Assembly (NCBI RefSeq): GCF_009914755.1
Contig: NC_060933.1
Length of the DNA stretch: 64,000 bases
Strand: one strand, 5' to 3'
Source: the human T2T-CHM13v2.0 reference genome, Homo sapiens
Made by a program: the position numbers and the translations under genes. Of this stretch, positions 17,055-33,349 are shown in pieces (positions within the stretch are counted from its first letter, which is position 1; each line of letters starts with the position of its first letter). Under the pieces are notes generated by a model. It did not search any database and had not been told where the DNA came from. It saw nothing but the letters and a program-made list of their open reading frames with translations.

Positions 17055-18570
17055 AGAAGATTTTAAATGTTAACTAAATACCTGAATTTAAAATTCAAGT
17101 ACAATAAGCGGCATGAAAATAGGGTTAACTTCAGCAGAATGCATGGAGCTTGAATGTGGCGTGTATATTGGAATGATAGGATTTGAGAGTTAATGTTAGC
17201 ACACAGCTGTTTTAGAAAAAAAATCAGTCTGGTGGGAAATCAGAAGCTGTTTATGCTTTATCGTTTGTATACAATAAAATACATTGGGAAGAAAAATTGA
17301 TCCTGGTTCATTTTCTCAGATCTGAGTTTTATTTCTCTGCCCTCAGCTTTCCCGGCTGAGGCTCACACTGCCCATGTTTATGTGAAATGGGCTGATGCTC
17401 TCATCTTGCCTTTCAATAATTATAGGTCTCCCCAGGAAAGTGGCTTTACTGAGAGATTTTATAAAGGTTTTAAAGATTTTTATTATGAAGGATTCAGCCT
17501 TTCCACGATTACTATTTTTAAAAGGTGCTTTGTAGCCATTGCTAGCAGAACAGCTATTGATTCTTTTACAAAGGAAAGACTGACTCTTGTACACCAACCT
17601 GAGGGCAGTATCTTGCTATCTCCTAAAATGATGTAATGATGTTGTGAAGTAAAATGATCATTTTTCTTATTGGAGAGTATCTTATCCCCACTAATGGTGA
17701 CAGAGGTCTATGGGTAATAGTAACCACAAATTTCACTTTAGTTTTAACAGTTACATTAGAGGCTGAAATGAACTTCATATTGTTGCAAAGTTTGCTTAAG
17801 AGGCAATTGTCAGAGGTGTTAAATGGACAACCTTCCAAATATTTTTTTTCAATTCAGTCCACTCCTCTTCATCACCTATGCTTTAGCCACCATCAGGAGT
17901 CCCAATAGTTATCTCTTCTGTTTGTGTATCCTCTGCTAAAGTTAGTGTTTTCTCTTTGCCTGCAGGAGAGAGTCCAAACTGCATCATATGGCATGCAAAG
18001 TCCCTGGTGATCTGATTCTTACACACGTTGTCTCTTAACTTGCTCCTGTATGAACCTCATGAACCAGCCTAACAAATTAGTTATTACATCATATCTCATT
18101 CAGTGGAATAAAATAGTTTGTGGCATGTCTTTTAAGGCAGTGATGGAGTCTAATCTAGGGCACTGGAGTTTTAAAGCCAGACAGATAGGAGTTTTAATTT
18201 TTTTTTTATTGGTGAATGGCCTTGAGAAAATCATTTAACCTCTGGAATCTCATGTCCTACAAAAGGGCATAATGATAAGAAGAGACAGATGTAATGGGCC
18301 AAACACAGAAGCTGGCATGTCATTGTTATGCCATGAAAAAGGAACTGTATTTCTATAGGTTATGTAATGTAATAGGAAAATGTATAATGCCAGAGGCAAG
18401 TAGGCTAGGTTTTCATCTCTGAATCTCAGTTATCTCATCTGTAAAACAGGGATAATGAAATGGGTCTAGTTGGGATGTTAGAATGAAATGTGACCAAAAT
18501 ATAAAATAACTACTACAGTGCCCAGCATAAAATTGATGTCTTTTTCGAGATGGCCCATGTGCATAAAATG

Positions 18571-18589
18571 AAAAAAAAAAAAAAAAAAA

Positions 18590-18641
<52 letters not shown>

Positions 18642-18715
18642 ATATGTACACACACACATGCACACATATATGTATATACATATACACAAATACATATTAT
18701 TTATATATATGCATA
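18571..18715. repeat. Compound microsatellite A19-G-(TA)21 followed by degenerate TA/CA repeats
   Basis: Directly visible. Confidence 0.95.
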
Positions 18716-20338
18716 TGTTAATTTTTCAAAAATTAGTGTGTCAAAAAATGTAGGCATTATTGCTGTTAAGCCTTCCATACAATGGTACAGCACTGAAGTC
18801 ATTATTCAACTGAACTTCAACCACACAATGTTGGTAGTGAGGTAGAGGTAAAGTTATGCTCCTGAGCCATTTATTCACTCACTTAATTTAATGAGTGTTC
18901 TTTTACATTATCATAGTGTTATACTCTGGTTTCTCTTCAAATCATATAAATCTTTCACCTTTTAAATTATCGTAGTGTTCCAACTATGGTTCCAGATGAT
19001 GGAAGTAGAAAGATGAATGTTACCTCCCTTGTTCATAGGGAACTCCTAATCTACCGGAGGTTTAAAAAAGATTTATAATGTAAACATATAATATATACAT
19101 GTGAGAATCATCCCAACAATGTGGTGCCAATATGAAGAAGTGAAACCCATTTGCGTCCAAGAAAGCTTCATGGAAGTGTTGGCAATATGGGCAAAAAGGT
19201 GGAGTAATACCCCCAAAGGCAGTGGTTAGGGTAGAACATTCTGGAAACAGGAACAATTTGAGCACAGACACAGAGATGGGAAAGATCTGGAGAATGCTGG
19301 AGCACAGACAAAGGTAGGGGACTGGGATACCATGGGCTGGAAGAGCATATTGATTGTTAGGAGGTAGGAATTTAGTCTGGGGTCATGGGAAATCATTGAA
19401 GATTTTTAAACAGCAGAAAGACATGATCAGAGAAATGTTTACAAAGATGAATCTGAAAGAAAGGATAGGAGGAGGGACCAAATCGAGATTTGGAGACCAG
19501 TTTACAAAGCTGTTGTCATAATCCAAGTAAGAACGACTAAGGGAACTAAGGTACTGATAGTGGAAATTAAAGAAAAGTCCAGTTATTAGAAAGCCTGCCT
19601 CTGTTGTAAGGAGAAAAAAAGCCAGTTATTACTATCTGGGAAACACTGTACTTTTTGCAAGTTATTGCTGTATTCTGGTTTGTAAGCCCAACAATTATTT
19701 AGATGTTTAAACAAGAAAAGTTTTTTTCATCAAAAGCAAATTTTCTTAGCAAATAAGATCAAATGAATTTCCTATGGCAACACATCACACATCACACTTG
19801 GTGTTGGAACCAAGATTAGAAACACAAGTTGGTCTGGATCCAAAGTCCGTGTGCTTTCCATGCCCAAGTTCCACTGTTTTGACTCCTAGAAAGGCAAGTG
19901 CTAGAGTCTTTTGCTCTGCTAAGTAAGGTGTGACAAGAGCCTAAAGTTCATGGAGGAATGTGATGAAATAAAAAGCTCTGCAAATAAACAAATATTATAT
20001 CATCCAGTGCCTCCTATGCCATATAATAGAGCTTGGGCCCTGTGGGCAGTGGGGAATGCTGACAAGTTTGAAGAATTTGAGTAACATGACCGTGAACAAG
20101 AAATAGAATAGAGGCAAGGAGACAGGTTAGGAGCTGTTGCAAAGATTCAGGCAAGAAAATATGGTGGCTTGAATCAAGTCATGGCAGCAGAGACAGAAGT
20201 GTGCTTACTGAAATGGAAAGATATTGGCAATACATTGCTAATGAGTAAAATCAGGCTTTCAAACTATATGAATGCCACTTTGTTTAGAAGACAAATAAGA
20301 TAAATGGCATGTCTGTTTTACATAGGTGTCTCTCATAG

Positions 20339-20397
20339 ATCTCTCTCTCTCTCCCTCGCTCCCTCTTTCTCTCTCTCCCTCCTTCTCTCTCTCTCTC
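20339..20397. repeat. Imperfect (CT)n microsatellite
   Basis: Directly visible. Confidence 0.85.
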
Positions 20398-21180
20398 ACC
20401 TTATATCTTAATAGGTAATCCTAAAGTGAGAGGGTGACTGGCTGGCATATTTTTTCTACTCTTTTTGATTATAGCTAATATACTTTAAGTAATTACTGTG
20501 TCAGAAATTGTGCTAAAAGCTTTATGGTCATTTGCTTATTTAATCCTCATAATAGTTTTATGAGATAGGTATTAATCTAATTATCTCTATTATTATTACC
20601 ATTATTATCCCCATCTTAATGTGAAATTGAGGTTCATAGAAAATAAGAAAACTGCCTAGAGCATAGTTGCTTGCTGAATAGAAGACTAGAGATTACACAT
20701 GTTTTAGTGACAGGATGATGACTCCAGCTAAGCCTGCATGCCTCCATAGACTAATATTTTAACCACTATGTTACAATTTATCAATCATCTATTAGTTCCT
20801 TTTATTCAAGATAAAATAAATTTTATTTTATTTATTTGTAAATTAATTGATAAAAACTATGAAATAGCCTTTACAAATTATATAACTCTCACTTATTCAA
20901 TGGAAAGTATGGCCATTTTGCCTCCTTTAGACAAAATACCTCCTTTAGGTATTTTACTATAAAGAAATGCATGCATATGGTAAATATTTGGTTTAAATGG
21001 TCAAATAATGCAAAAATCAGTCTCTCTGAAAAGTCCACACCCCAAAGAACACTACTGTGAACTCTCCTAATAGCCTACACCATATTTTCTTTGCATTGTT
21101 CTTGACTTTAATAAAAATGCCTCTACTGTCTCAAAATTCACAACTTTTTGTTTTACACGGGGTTAAAGAAGTTCTATTCT

Positions 21181-21483
<303 letters not shown>

Positions 21484-22251
21484 CTATTCCATTATTTTAT
21501 TAAGCATATACAAATTAAATTAGGTACACTTTATAGTTGATTTGTTTGACTATGTATTGAGATAACCACATGCTGAGTCTTTTTTCCTTTGCTTTATTAA
21601 GATATTGAATAATATTGAATAATATTAATGTAATACTTAATCTTGAATAGTTCTTTCCTTCGTAGAAAAAAGAAAACTACTGGATTATAATGTGTTTACC
21701 TACTTATTCATATAGAGATGGAGTCTATTTGCTAAGACTTTAGAGTTTTATAACAATATCCAGAGATGTGATATATTGCATTTTTCTATTTTGTTCCAGT
21801 TATCTGGTTTTGGCATCGATGTTGTCATTTTCTAGTCACATATGCCACCCTTAACACATACAAACATGCATACACTTTGTAGAAAATTAGATAGTTAAGG
21901 AATATTTTTTCCAAAGCTACAACCTTTGACTATGGTCATTGTATTTTTTAATTCTACTATTTCTGTTTTCAAAATAATTAATTTTGGTTTTTGCTCATTA
22001 ATTCCCACCTTTTGTCTTGCTTCTGTTTACTTTGATCTTCTTTTTCGAAACTTTTTAGATGAATGAGTAACTTATTTTCATGCTTTTTTATGTATAAATA
22101 CTTTAATAACTATGAATTCTCTAAGCATAATTATAACTCTATGACATATAGCCTGATCTATGGTATTTTTGTTATCATTATTTTCTAGATATTCAATAAT
22201 TTTGGTTGTAATTTTCTTTTTGTTCTAAGAATCATTTGGAGTGTGGGATAA

Positions 22252-22889
<638 letters not shown>

Positions 22890-23997
22890 TACATTTTTAA
22901 AAATATCAATGCTGTGATATTAGAAACATGAAACTTCATGACAATGAGACCTCCATTGTTTTATCATTCAAAAGTGCTCTTCTTTTAATTATTTTAACTC
23001 TGATTTTAATTTTCTCTTATGCTTGTAACTTAATTTCTGATTTACTTTTGTTAGACTAGTATGCCTCTATTTAGTATTTTACAATTGTTTGGAGATATCT
23101 GTTTTAACTTCTCCTAACTCCATATTGTTTTCTGAATCAATATGATGGGTTTTAAAAAATAATATGTGAGTCCATCTCATTGTAATTGAACCTGTCTGGT
23201 TTTGATTTCATTCTATCATTTTATTTTATGTTTACCTCTGATTTTTGTGCCATTATATTTTCTATGTTTTGCTTTTGGGCATGTGTTTTGTTGTTTCCTT
23301 TTATATTTCTGATTTCCTTCTGTTAAGTTAGAAGTTTCTTTAACAATAAAAGTAAAACCCTATTTGCTACATTCATTTTTATTAATGATATCTATAAGTT
23401 TTTGCTTTCTCAGATATAAGTAATATTTATAAAATTATCCAACCACAATGAAAACTTTTAAAAATTAGCACATGTGCACGTACAAACAAATACACATGCA
23501 TACACAAACTTCCATCCACCTCTCTGTTTCTCACTTCTAATTTGTCTTAGTTTCATTTTCATATGTATTTTCATGGTTTATAATACTCAACATTTTGCAT
23601 ATTAACCAAAATTCCAACCATTCTTCAAAGTTAGTTCAAATTAAAATAAATTCAGTATGTAGAACTTTGTTACCATAGTTCCTCCATTTCTATGCATTTT
23701 ATTTTGCTTCATTTCTTGGTTGACTGGACTTTAAGACCACATCTTTTTTCAAGAAAGGCTCATGGGTGACGTTTACTCTGAGTTCTACCATGTATAAAAA
23801 TGGCTTTTGATTGCCTTTATTCTTGAACACCAATTTGGCATGGCACGAAGTCTTTGGGTCACACTTCCCTTCCCCTAGAGCAGGGTACACCTTGCCTGTC
23901 TACATTGCTTCACTGTCTACTAGCATTAACTGTTGCCTAGAAAAAAAAAAAAAAAACAGCAGAAACTAGTCTATTCCTCATTCCCCTCTCCAAAGGG

Positions 23998-24000
<3 letters not shown>

Positions 24001-24044
<44 letters not shown>
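24001..24044. repeat. (TG)22 microsatellite
   Basis: Directly visible perfect run. Confidence 0.98.
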
Positions 24045-24048
<4 letters not shown>

Positions 24049-25484
24049 AATGCCTTTAGGAGTCATTTTTTATCTTAGAAACAATAACTTATACAGCTAT
24101 GTCTCACATTTGATATGTTTCTCTTTAGATGTTTTTCTGCTAAATCAAATTTTTGAAGACTTTGTACACACTTTCACTTTGTGTATGTATTTTTTTAATT
24201 CAGTGTTTTTCTGTTACATTATAAATATTGTTTTCTACCCAATTTGTTCTCTTTTTCAGAAACATTAATCATTTATATGGCTGTTTTCTTCTATAATCCT
24301 AGCTAAATTTTCTGGATCACTTTTACTGCTTTCCTATTTCTTGTTATTTTATCTTATTTTTCTAAACTTGTCCTTCACAAATTTTGATGTTTGGTAAAGT
24401 TTTAACTCTACTTTTTTTTTTCTTCTAATGATGATTCAATTTCTCTAATGGTTTTATTATTCTCCTCTAAATTTTTTAAAAATTAATTTAGTTCACTTTT
24501 TATGTCTATACCCTATCATCTTGTTTTCTTCTTTTATAATGCTTTATGGACTTCTTTCTTTACTGAAGTTAACTTTTTTCTTTCCAGACAATGAGATATT
24601 TTTTTCTGAATACTTTTAAATAATTTTGGTTTCACTTATTCTTCTGATTGTACATTTTATATTCTTTTTTGCCTGGTTTCAGTAATGTATTTCCCTCTGA
24701 GTATGGGGTGAAGGTTTGTTCATATACGTACTCCCACATGTTTTTGCACCTATGTATTATACATAGGTAAAATACTGAATCTTATGATGTTATCAATTAT
24801 CTTTGAATGGAGGCCATTCTTTCACACAAGCTATTTGCTTTGTGTAAACAGAAGAGAAAGTTGAATAGCTGGAAGCTTAGTTTCTGAGGTATTAACTCAA
24901 GATTCTTTCTTATCATATCTGCTATGTCCTCTTCCCTGGGGGCATTCTTTTCCTTAGAAATCAATTTCTTGGTTTCTATAAGAACGAGTCTCTGTGTTTC
25001 CCTTAAACCTTAGAGTCAGGATTTTCTATATAATTTAAGTGATGATTTAAATCTGTCTATCTCTCAGCTAATTCTGCCATGGAAAATAGATTACAGAGCG
25101 GCTCTAGCAACAAACTTATGTTCCAAGAAGGTGTGAAGGAGATGGATTTAGAGAACACCACTGTCTCTGTGGTGGGCACTGTCACTGTGCCCAAGAGACG
25201 GGTCAAATCAGAGATTTTACCAGCTGATCATTCAGCCCTCTAATGAATGAGTATTTTATACAGCTTAACCCTGTGCAATTGCTTATCCAATCTGCATGGG
25301 GAAAATTATATCTTCCCTTACATCATCACCTATCCAGTCACCCACTCAGAGTGAATAATGTCAATGTCAAGAGGATTTGCTAGGCCACTGTCTGGCTGTG
25401 TTTATAGTGGTCCCAGAATATTTGAAGCTTTAAAAGGCCTAAAACTTAATAAAATAAAAGAAAAAAAAAGAAAAAGGATTTCTA

Positions 25485-25950
25485 ACAACTACACTCCTGC
25501 TAGAATGACAAATTTTTAAAAAGTTGACAGTACCAATTGCTGGTGACAACATGGAGCAACAGGAACTCTCATTCGTTGCTGCTGGGAATGCAAAACGGTA
25601 CGTTTTGCACGCTTTGGCAGTCTCTTACAAAATCAAACATTGTCTTGCCATGCAATCCAACACTTGTGCTCCTAGGTATCTACCCAACTGATTTGAAACT
25701 TTATATATACATAAAATCTGCACATAAATATATATAGCAGCTGTATTATAAATGCCAAGAGCTGGAAGCAACCAAGTCCTTCAGTATGTGAATGGATAGA
25801 CAAACTGTGGTACACCAATTCAACAAAGCGATTAAAAAACAAGTTATCAAGCTATCAAAAACATGGATGAACCTTAAATGCATACTGCTACGTGAAAACC
25901 TCGATCGGAAAGGCTACATATTCTATGACTCCAATTACAAGACATATGGG
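25485..25950 (+). mobile_element. Ancient L1M (L1MC/MD-like) ORF2 end and 3' UTR fragment
   Basis: GGAGCAACAGGAACTCTCATTCGTTGCTGCTGGGAATGCAAAA, CTCCTAGGTATCTACCCAA, ACATGGATGAACCTTAAATGCATA. Confidence 0.75.
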
Positions 25951-28900
25951 ATGGTAATTTGTGGCAATAAAATTACACTCTCTTCATAAAATAAAGTAAA
26001 ATGGAAGGGAATGGAATAAAATGAAATGAAACAAAACATAAACCTATTTCAACACTGCCCTTAATCACTATAACAAGCAATTTCAGCCAGCATAATACTG
26101 AACAACTGGAACAGCAAAGACACCAGCCAGTAAGAACAGACTCTCAGCATACTGAAGCACTGTGGCTGCGTTTCAGCCCCATGTCCCGAAAAGAAACCAC
26201 CGTATTCACAGATTCCATCTCCACTTCCTAGACACACAGTAAGACTTGCAGTAGGCTGAAATCATATGACTCATTCTGGACAATATAATGTGGCCTAAAG
26301 GAATACACAACATATTCAGGTCTGATTTCTAAAATCTTCAGTAAGAACCTCTCTCTCTTCTGTAATAATCCGTGGAGGCCACATATTTAACATGCTGACA
26401 TTGCAAGGAAAAAGGCATCTGGATCTTCAGGTTTCTACTTACAGAGGAGACACCAAGAGGAGACACCCAACTGACATTGGACTATGATACGGAGAGAGAG
26501 AATTTTATAATGTTATGACACTGAGATTTTGGGATTATTACAGTAAGAACAACCTTCCTAACTGGTTATTTATCAAGCCATTTGACATCTATTTCTATCA
26601 ATAATAAAATATCTGAGTTCATGATTTGAGTTTTAGAAGGTTAGGGCAGGCAAGAAAAATAGAAATTACTAATACCTGCCTGATTGCAGACTGGACTCAC
26701 ATTCTTGTTTAAAATGGCACTATTTACTTCCAGAAAGACCTACTGAAGTCTATGTTAAACAAAAGCCTATGTGCACTATCTAGTTCAGAGAATTCTGAAT
26801 TGCATGCTTAGATCATTGAGGACAGTTGATTGTGAAGCTGAAGATGTCATTAATTAAAATTATATTAATAAAAAGAAAGTTTAAAGTCATTATAAAATAC
26901 TTTATCTCATTTTTTCTCCTCATTGGTGTATATGCTGATCGATTTTAAAATGTTGAGGTTTACAGGGGTGAAACACAAAGTCAAGATCATATATTCAATT
27001 AGGAGAAGAAGCAGAGGTTAAAACTCAAAACTGTTAGACCCCTAATCTAGTGCTCTTTCTTTACACTGTGCTTTCTCTGAGCCTATAAATATGTTCCAGT
27101 CTCAAGGGAGGTATCTGGTCAATTCAACCTCATGTTTATCTCAAGAATCAAACATCAAAATTCAAGAATGACCAGCAAACACTAAGGCCCTTTGAAGTTC
27201 CCAGTGCACTGCCTGGATGGATATTTGCAACAGCCGGAATGCGGTCTGGCTATTAGGCTGTGGCACTCAGTGCTGTATGGTGTTGAGGGTAGGGGCTTTC
27301 TTTTGGCTGACTGTGGCTTTGAATATCGCCTCTGTAGTGCACCAGCTGTGGAAACCTGGACAATTTCTTCCCTATCCCTGAGCATCAATCTGTGATTATT
27401 TGTGGTGAAAAAGTAAATTCTATCTTCAAAGTGCATGGAAAATTACCTGGAACAAATAAGATATTCAATTCACCTGCAGTCATTGTAATGTAATCATTGT
27501 AATGGTAACCAATAGGATTTGGAGAAGTTTAATGGGAGGTGTTTAGCACTTCTAATGGCTTATAAGGTATTCAGTTACCACAGAGTCTACTGTGCTGGGT
27601 GTCAGCTGCCTCAGTTTGACCAAGACACCTCTGAACTTCTGTGGAACACATACAAAGGCAGAATCAACATCCTCCTCGACTTCTCCCACAATCCTGCCAT
27701 GATCATAACAGGTGGTTGCTGATGCAAAGTAAGAGATATTCAAGGCTCCCTTCATATTCTAAATTGAATGGATTGCCTGATTGTTTGCTTCCAACAATGG
27801 TGGCCTAAAGATAAATTTTGGAATTGTGGTACAACAGCTTCTCACACTACTTACCAAGTCTTTTCATTCATAAATGCTGAATATGACTCAGCTTTACTTA
27901 ATATATACTATTTGGAGGGAAGAAAGACCTGTTAGGTATTCAAAAACTTTAGTGATTTTTTACATGTTTATGTTGATGATAAAAATAAGAATTCTTTACA
28001 GAAAATACTTAAAAATATAAAGTAGAAAATAAAAATCACCTTTTCTCCTACCCACCATAAATATGCCACTTCATTTTAAGAGGTTTCCATTGTATTTTTA
28101 ATGTGTGCTCACATGTATTTATGTGTAGATACAATATGTCTCTAATATATTTAGCATTATGGAGAGGATTAGGTTTGGTGACTATTTTAAAAGATGTGTA
28201 GCCTTATTTTTTTCCAACTCTACAAAATAACAAACTAAAGGAAAGGTTTGCCAAACAGGAAATTTGTATTTGATGAATAAGTCTTTAGCCTTAATAAACA
28301 AACACAAAGGAAATTGTATGTTGATGGCCCTTGTGAAATCCCTACAGTGTCTGGAAGCACTGCCTTTTAAACAGGTGAAACATTCTCTTCCCCCTGAGGT
28401 CTTATTTCCATCATTAATTTATTTAGAAAATCTTTTTTACTTCTGGATAACACAAAGTTATGTTTGAGTACAGCCTGAATTAGTGGAGCCTGAATTAATG
28501 AGATTTATCTTTATTTAATTCAACTTCTTCAAGCATGTATTCTTCCAATAAAATCACCTCAGGATGCAAGAATGAAACAGTAATGATTAAAATATGCAAG
28601 AGCAGAGTGCCAGTTCTGAGCATACCTTAAGAAATCGATGAGACACCATTAAGGCTTTAAATCATGCCCCCAAACCAGGAGGTGAGTGGATTGTGTTTCA
28701 GCTTGGATAAGCAATTCCAGGCCATACGCTTGCCATAGAAAGTACAACACAACCTCTAGGTCTCTGGAGGTGCAATTTGAGCTCTGCCGGCAAAAGCCTT
28801 GCAGAAGTTGCCAAGGCAGGCTGCAAGGCCCAAATCTGAATGGCAATTGAACTGGTACAGACTGAGCACTAGGCTCAGTAGAGCATCTGGTCCAAACCAT

Positions 28901-30332
28901 CATGGTTGGTGAGGGATATAGGTACTGAGGGCACTTAGTCAAATCATGAGTGGGTGTTGGGAATAACTGAAGAATGGGGCAAAAAGAGGTAATTGGAAGT
29001 TGGGGAGAAAATGGGGAACTGATGTGAATGACAGGGCAGAAGTAGGTGTTTTTAGAGTGCAAATAAGATGTACCACTCTCTCATCTATATCTTGACTGTA
29101 TCCTGCAAATAAGTCTGTCTTTGTTTTGGGAGTCCATGTTTCTATGTTTCATCAGCATGCTCTACTTCTTAAAACTGAGGGTAAACCCTTTGAGGCAAGG
29201 ACTTCATTGTTCTTGCAGCCTCAAAATATAGATTAACATTTAATACATAGCTAATGCTTAATGAGTGCTCAATAAATGAACAAATGAATGAATGAAGCTG
29301 AGACACAGAAGCCTAATGTTTCACAACAGCTTTTTTTAGTCTATAAAAGGGGAGAGAGTTGAGACAGGACTAAGAAGTGGCTGATGGGGCCAGGTCTGAA
29401 TATCTGGCCACATTCTGATAGAGGCAAAATAGCTTGAGAAGAACTAAAGATTTATGCTTATCTTATATTTCAGGCACAGTCTTTTAGAAATAGTCCTGGG
29501 TCTTTAGGGAGGGAGGTTGTTTTCCTCAACTATATGGTGCTAATTGAGTTCAATGAAGGTTGTTTATTGCTTTTTTGTATTTTAAACATTGGCAGTATCT
29601 TATGTCATGGAGACCCTCAGAGTCAGAAGTCAACAATAAAAAGCACAGTGTTTGCCATGAGGTCAATGTAGAATGTTGTCGGAGGACATGTCCTGGCCTC
29701 CAGGAACACTGGGAGTTCTAGTTCTGGCAGCACTGCTGACTTTCTGAAATATCCAAGCAATTTTCTTTCCTCTCTGTCACTGAGTCTGCATAGAAGGGCA
29801 CCTATTAATCAGAAGCATGTTCCATGAATCTCTCTACTTCCTCACTTATTCCTCATGTAAGAATGCAGTGACTGTTCTGACAGTTGTGTTTGAGAGATCA
29901 AGTGACTTTCTGGCTCTGTCTCCTTGCAAAGTCGTGCATCAGTCTTCTCCCTAACATGCCATAAGCTTGGGAGGGAAACTCATTCCTCACAGAGGACTGT
30001 AGTCATCCAGGGCCATTTGTGACTGGGTGGGTGTACCCATAATTCTGGGATGTAGTCATAGAGAGCCCTTTATCATGTGCACCTAAGCCACATCCACAGT
30101 CCTCTCCTTTTTCAGTGAGACAGGCAAAACATAGATCTCCAACTGTTTAACCATTCTCAAGGTCAGCTGGTTTAGACTGCAGGTGACTTTGGACCCCCTA
30201 AAACACCATCAAAGAAGGCACTTTACCTTAGTGAGCCCAGGAGTCCTTATTCACAGAATGGATATGCCAGCTCAGTTGCTCTCAGGAGTGTGAAGAGGAA
30301 TAAAGAAGATGATGAGTGGGGAAGCAGATAGT

Positions 30333-30938
30333 TATATAGGGGTGCCCATGACTACCCTGAAGCTTGATGATTTACTGGAAGAACTCACAGAAGTTGTTAT
30401 ATTAACTGTTAAAGAGTATTACAGCAAAAGACACAAACTAAAATCAGCAAAGGGAAAAGTTGTATAGGGTGAAGTCCAAGCGAAACTGCTCATGCAAGCT
30501 TCCAGGTGTCCAGTCCTTGTGGAGTTGCATGGACACTTTAATTCTCCAAGCAACATTGTGTGATAATACATGTGAAGTGTTGCCTCACAGGGAAGCTCAC
30601 CTGAATCTTGATGTCCAGGATTTTTAGCAGGGACTGGTTACATAGACATGCAACATCTGTATAACTGATCTCAACTATTTTGATTCCAGATCTCCAGAGC
30701 AAAAACAGGGATTCACCATAAACAACACTTATTAGCAGAAGCTATCTGGTCAAAATGGTACAGCATGGCCCATGGCCCTAAGCATACAAAAATACTCTCA
30801 TCAAGCAGAATAAAGCAAGGCTCAGAACCCCTCTCCTAAGAGTTGGCCAAAGACCAGCCCTGAAGACAAATCTTGCTTGGGAATGTGCACGGTTTAAGTA
30901 ACCCAGCTCTGCTAAATTAACTTTTGTTTTCTGCCCAA
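30333..30938. mobile_element. MER77/MER21-family ERVL solo LTR
   Basis: AAAATCAGCAAAGGGAAAAG, GCAAGCTTCCAG, AGGGAAGCTCACCTGA motifs over about 600 bp. Confidence 0.7.
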
Positions 30939-32830
30939 TATTTAATTATAAAATGCTCATCTATGAGATTAGGTTTCCTACTATAATAGAAAAGTGCTGA
31001 TAATAATGAGATCTGTATTTCAACTAGAAGTTTGGTACACTCAAGCACACTGTAAAAACTTTCTGAATTGAGGAAGATTTCTAGTACATTTTCCTTTGCT
31101 TTGAGGTAGCAAGCCATTTAACTGCAGTACCAAGCACATAGTAGGTGCTCACATTTGCTTGATTTGAAAGAAGGAAAGAATGGCTTAATAATATGAGCGT
31201 GAGTGTCAGACAGAGCTTGTGTGACTCCTGCTACTCCAAAGTTTCAAGACCAAAGACACTTGCTGAGAATCAGTTTCCTATTTAGTAAAATGAGGGTGGC
31301 CATGTGTATCTTGCCTTCAGAGTCTTTTAGAGAATTAGAGATATAGATGCACACGTCAGTGTCAGGCACATAAGTGATAAAATGGTCCTGTTTCATAGCC
31401 ATAGTCAGAAGTCAATTCATCCTAAGAAGGCCCACTGCTTACCTATGACTTTATTCTGCATGTACTGAACTGTCAATAAGACAAACCACCAAGAAACGTT
31501 TAAACAAGGATATGGTCATGCCAGACCTTTGCTCTGATAACTGTGAGAAAGTGCCTCAACCCAAGGATGTGCATCTTCTCATACAACAGGATCCCTGCTT
31601 TTTTTACACTCAGCTTGAGGTTTCCATTCACTTTCCTTCTTATCAGATGTCTGAAAAGTACATATTAAGGCTTCAAACATTTTATTTTTTAATCAGCTTA
31701 TTAGAGAGTTCCACATACCATAAAGCTGTTATATGGCAGCAAATCCCAGCTGCTGTGAAGAGTTTCTTGCAATGTGACAGATTTAGGTCAGTGTCATTAA
31801 CAAACTTCCAGATTGATGTTGCCAGCTTGATGATCACAGAAGATGGCAATTCCCTTTGCACGGGGACGGAGGAAAAGAGGATTTGTCACACTAGATAATT
31901 CTGCACATTCTGGCCCAGGCAGAAAAGATGTTAAATATCTACATGGGCTTTCAGCAGAGCATTGGAATTGGAGTCAAAATGTTTTCAATCTTGCCTTGTC
32001 TCTGCAATTGATTCACTGCATGATCTCGGTGAGGTCTCTTTACTGCTTGGGCCTCTGCCTGTGCGTCTCTGAAATGAAGGAAATAACATATGAATGCTTC
32101 TTTTTTTTTATTCAACAAATGCTTACTGAGCACATACCTGGTGCCAGACATTATGCTTGCAGTAGGAATGCAACAGAGATCAAAATAAGTATTCCTCTTG
32201 CCTTAATATACATTGTGACTTTCTAGTTGCTCTATTTATATATGATGGATATTAGTTTATTCCACAACATACAGATGCTAGAAATGTTACATGTCTTTCT
32301 TTTTAAAATATATTATTTCTGGTTCTGAATTGCCTCCCACCTGATTAGCAGGATGACCACTGCACTCATTAATGAAGCTCCCTGCAACCTCCTTCTGGAG
32401 ACTGCATCAATTCTGCACATATGGCCCCAGGAAAATGAGGCAGAGGTCCGGTTAGTGGTCAAACCACTGCCTTGCAAACAGTCTCTGGAAATGTTGTGAA
32501 GGCATCCTTTGAGGGTGCTGCTTCCATGGAGAGTCACACTGAGGCCACTTGTGGTGTCCTCTTAATGGTCTTACAGTCTTCACAAGAGGACCTAGATACT
32601 GGCCTCAAGGACACACACCAGGCATCCATTTTCCAAGGCACCTAGGGCAGCAGTTGCATTGATCCAGTTCTCCGTAGGAAAGCAAAATACAGGTCTCTAT
32701 CCACCCATTCTCAGGACATCTGAGCCGGGATTGCCCAAACAACCATTCTCTCTTTTGATTCAAACACATATCTCTCTCCACCTGGCCTCTACCTACCTCT
32801 ACAATGATTGCCTAATTTTTAATGGGCCAC

Positions 32831-33234
32831 TGTATTCGTTTGCTAGGGCTTCCATAACAAAATACCATTGGGTTATTTAAACAACATACATGTATTTTCT
32901 CAAAGTTTGGGAGGCCAGCAGTTCTAAAATCAAAGTGTCAGCAGTTTCGGAATCTTCTGAGGCCACTTTCCTTGGTCTGTTGATGACTGTCTTCTTGCTA
33001 TGTACTCACAAAGCCTTTTCTCTGTGGACTTACAACCCTGGTGTTTCTTTGTGTGTCCAAATTGTCTCTTCTGTAAGGACACTAGTCAGATTGAATGAGA
33101 ACTCACCCCAAAGCCTCATTTTAACATAATCATCTCTTTAAAGGCCCTATCTCCAAATATAGTCATATTTAGAAGTACTAAGGGTTCAGACTTAAAACGT
33201 ATGAATTTTAGGGGTACCCAATTCAGCCCATAAT
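32831..33234 (-). mobile_element. MLT1A/B-like MaLR solo LTR
   Basis: TGTATT.GTTTGCTAGGGCT.CCATAACAAAATACCA ... AAGGCCCTATCTCCAAATA ... AATTCAGCCCATAA. Confidence 0.85.
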
Positions 33235-33349
33235 ATTAATCATCACTACTGCTGCATGGGATGCCATTTTTCTAAACTCGGATAACAATGGCAGCTATGA
33301 AGATTTGCAATTCAGCTATTCTGTTAATCTCCCAGAGGGAGTTGTTTTT

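Noticed and set aside
18413-18845. Cluster of overlapping ORFs with IYIYIY runs
   Set aside because: Artefact of the stop-free (TA)n/(CA)n microsatellite
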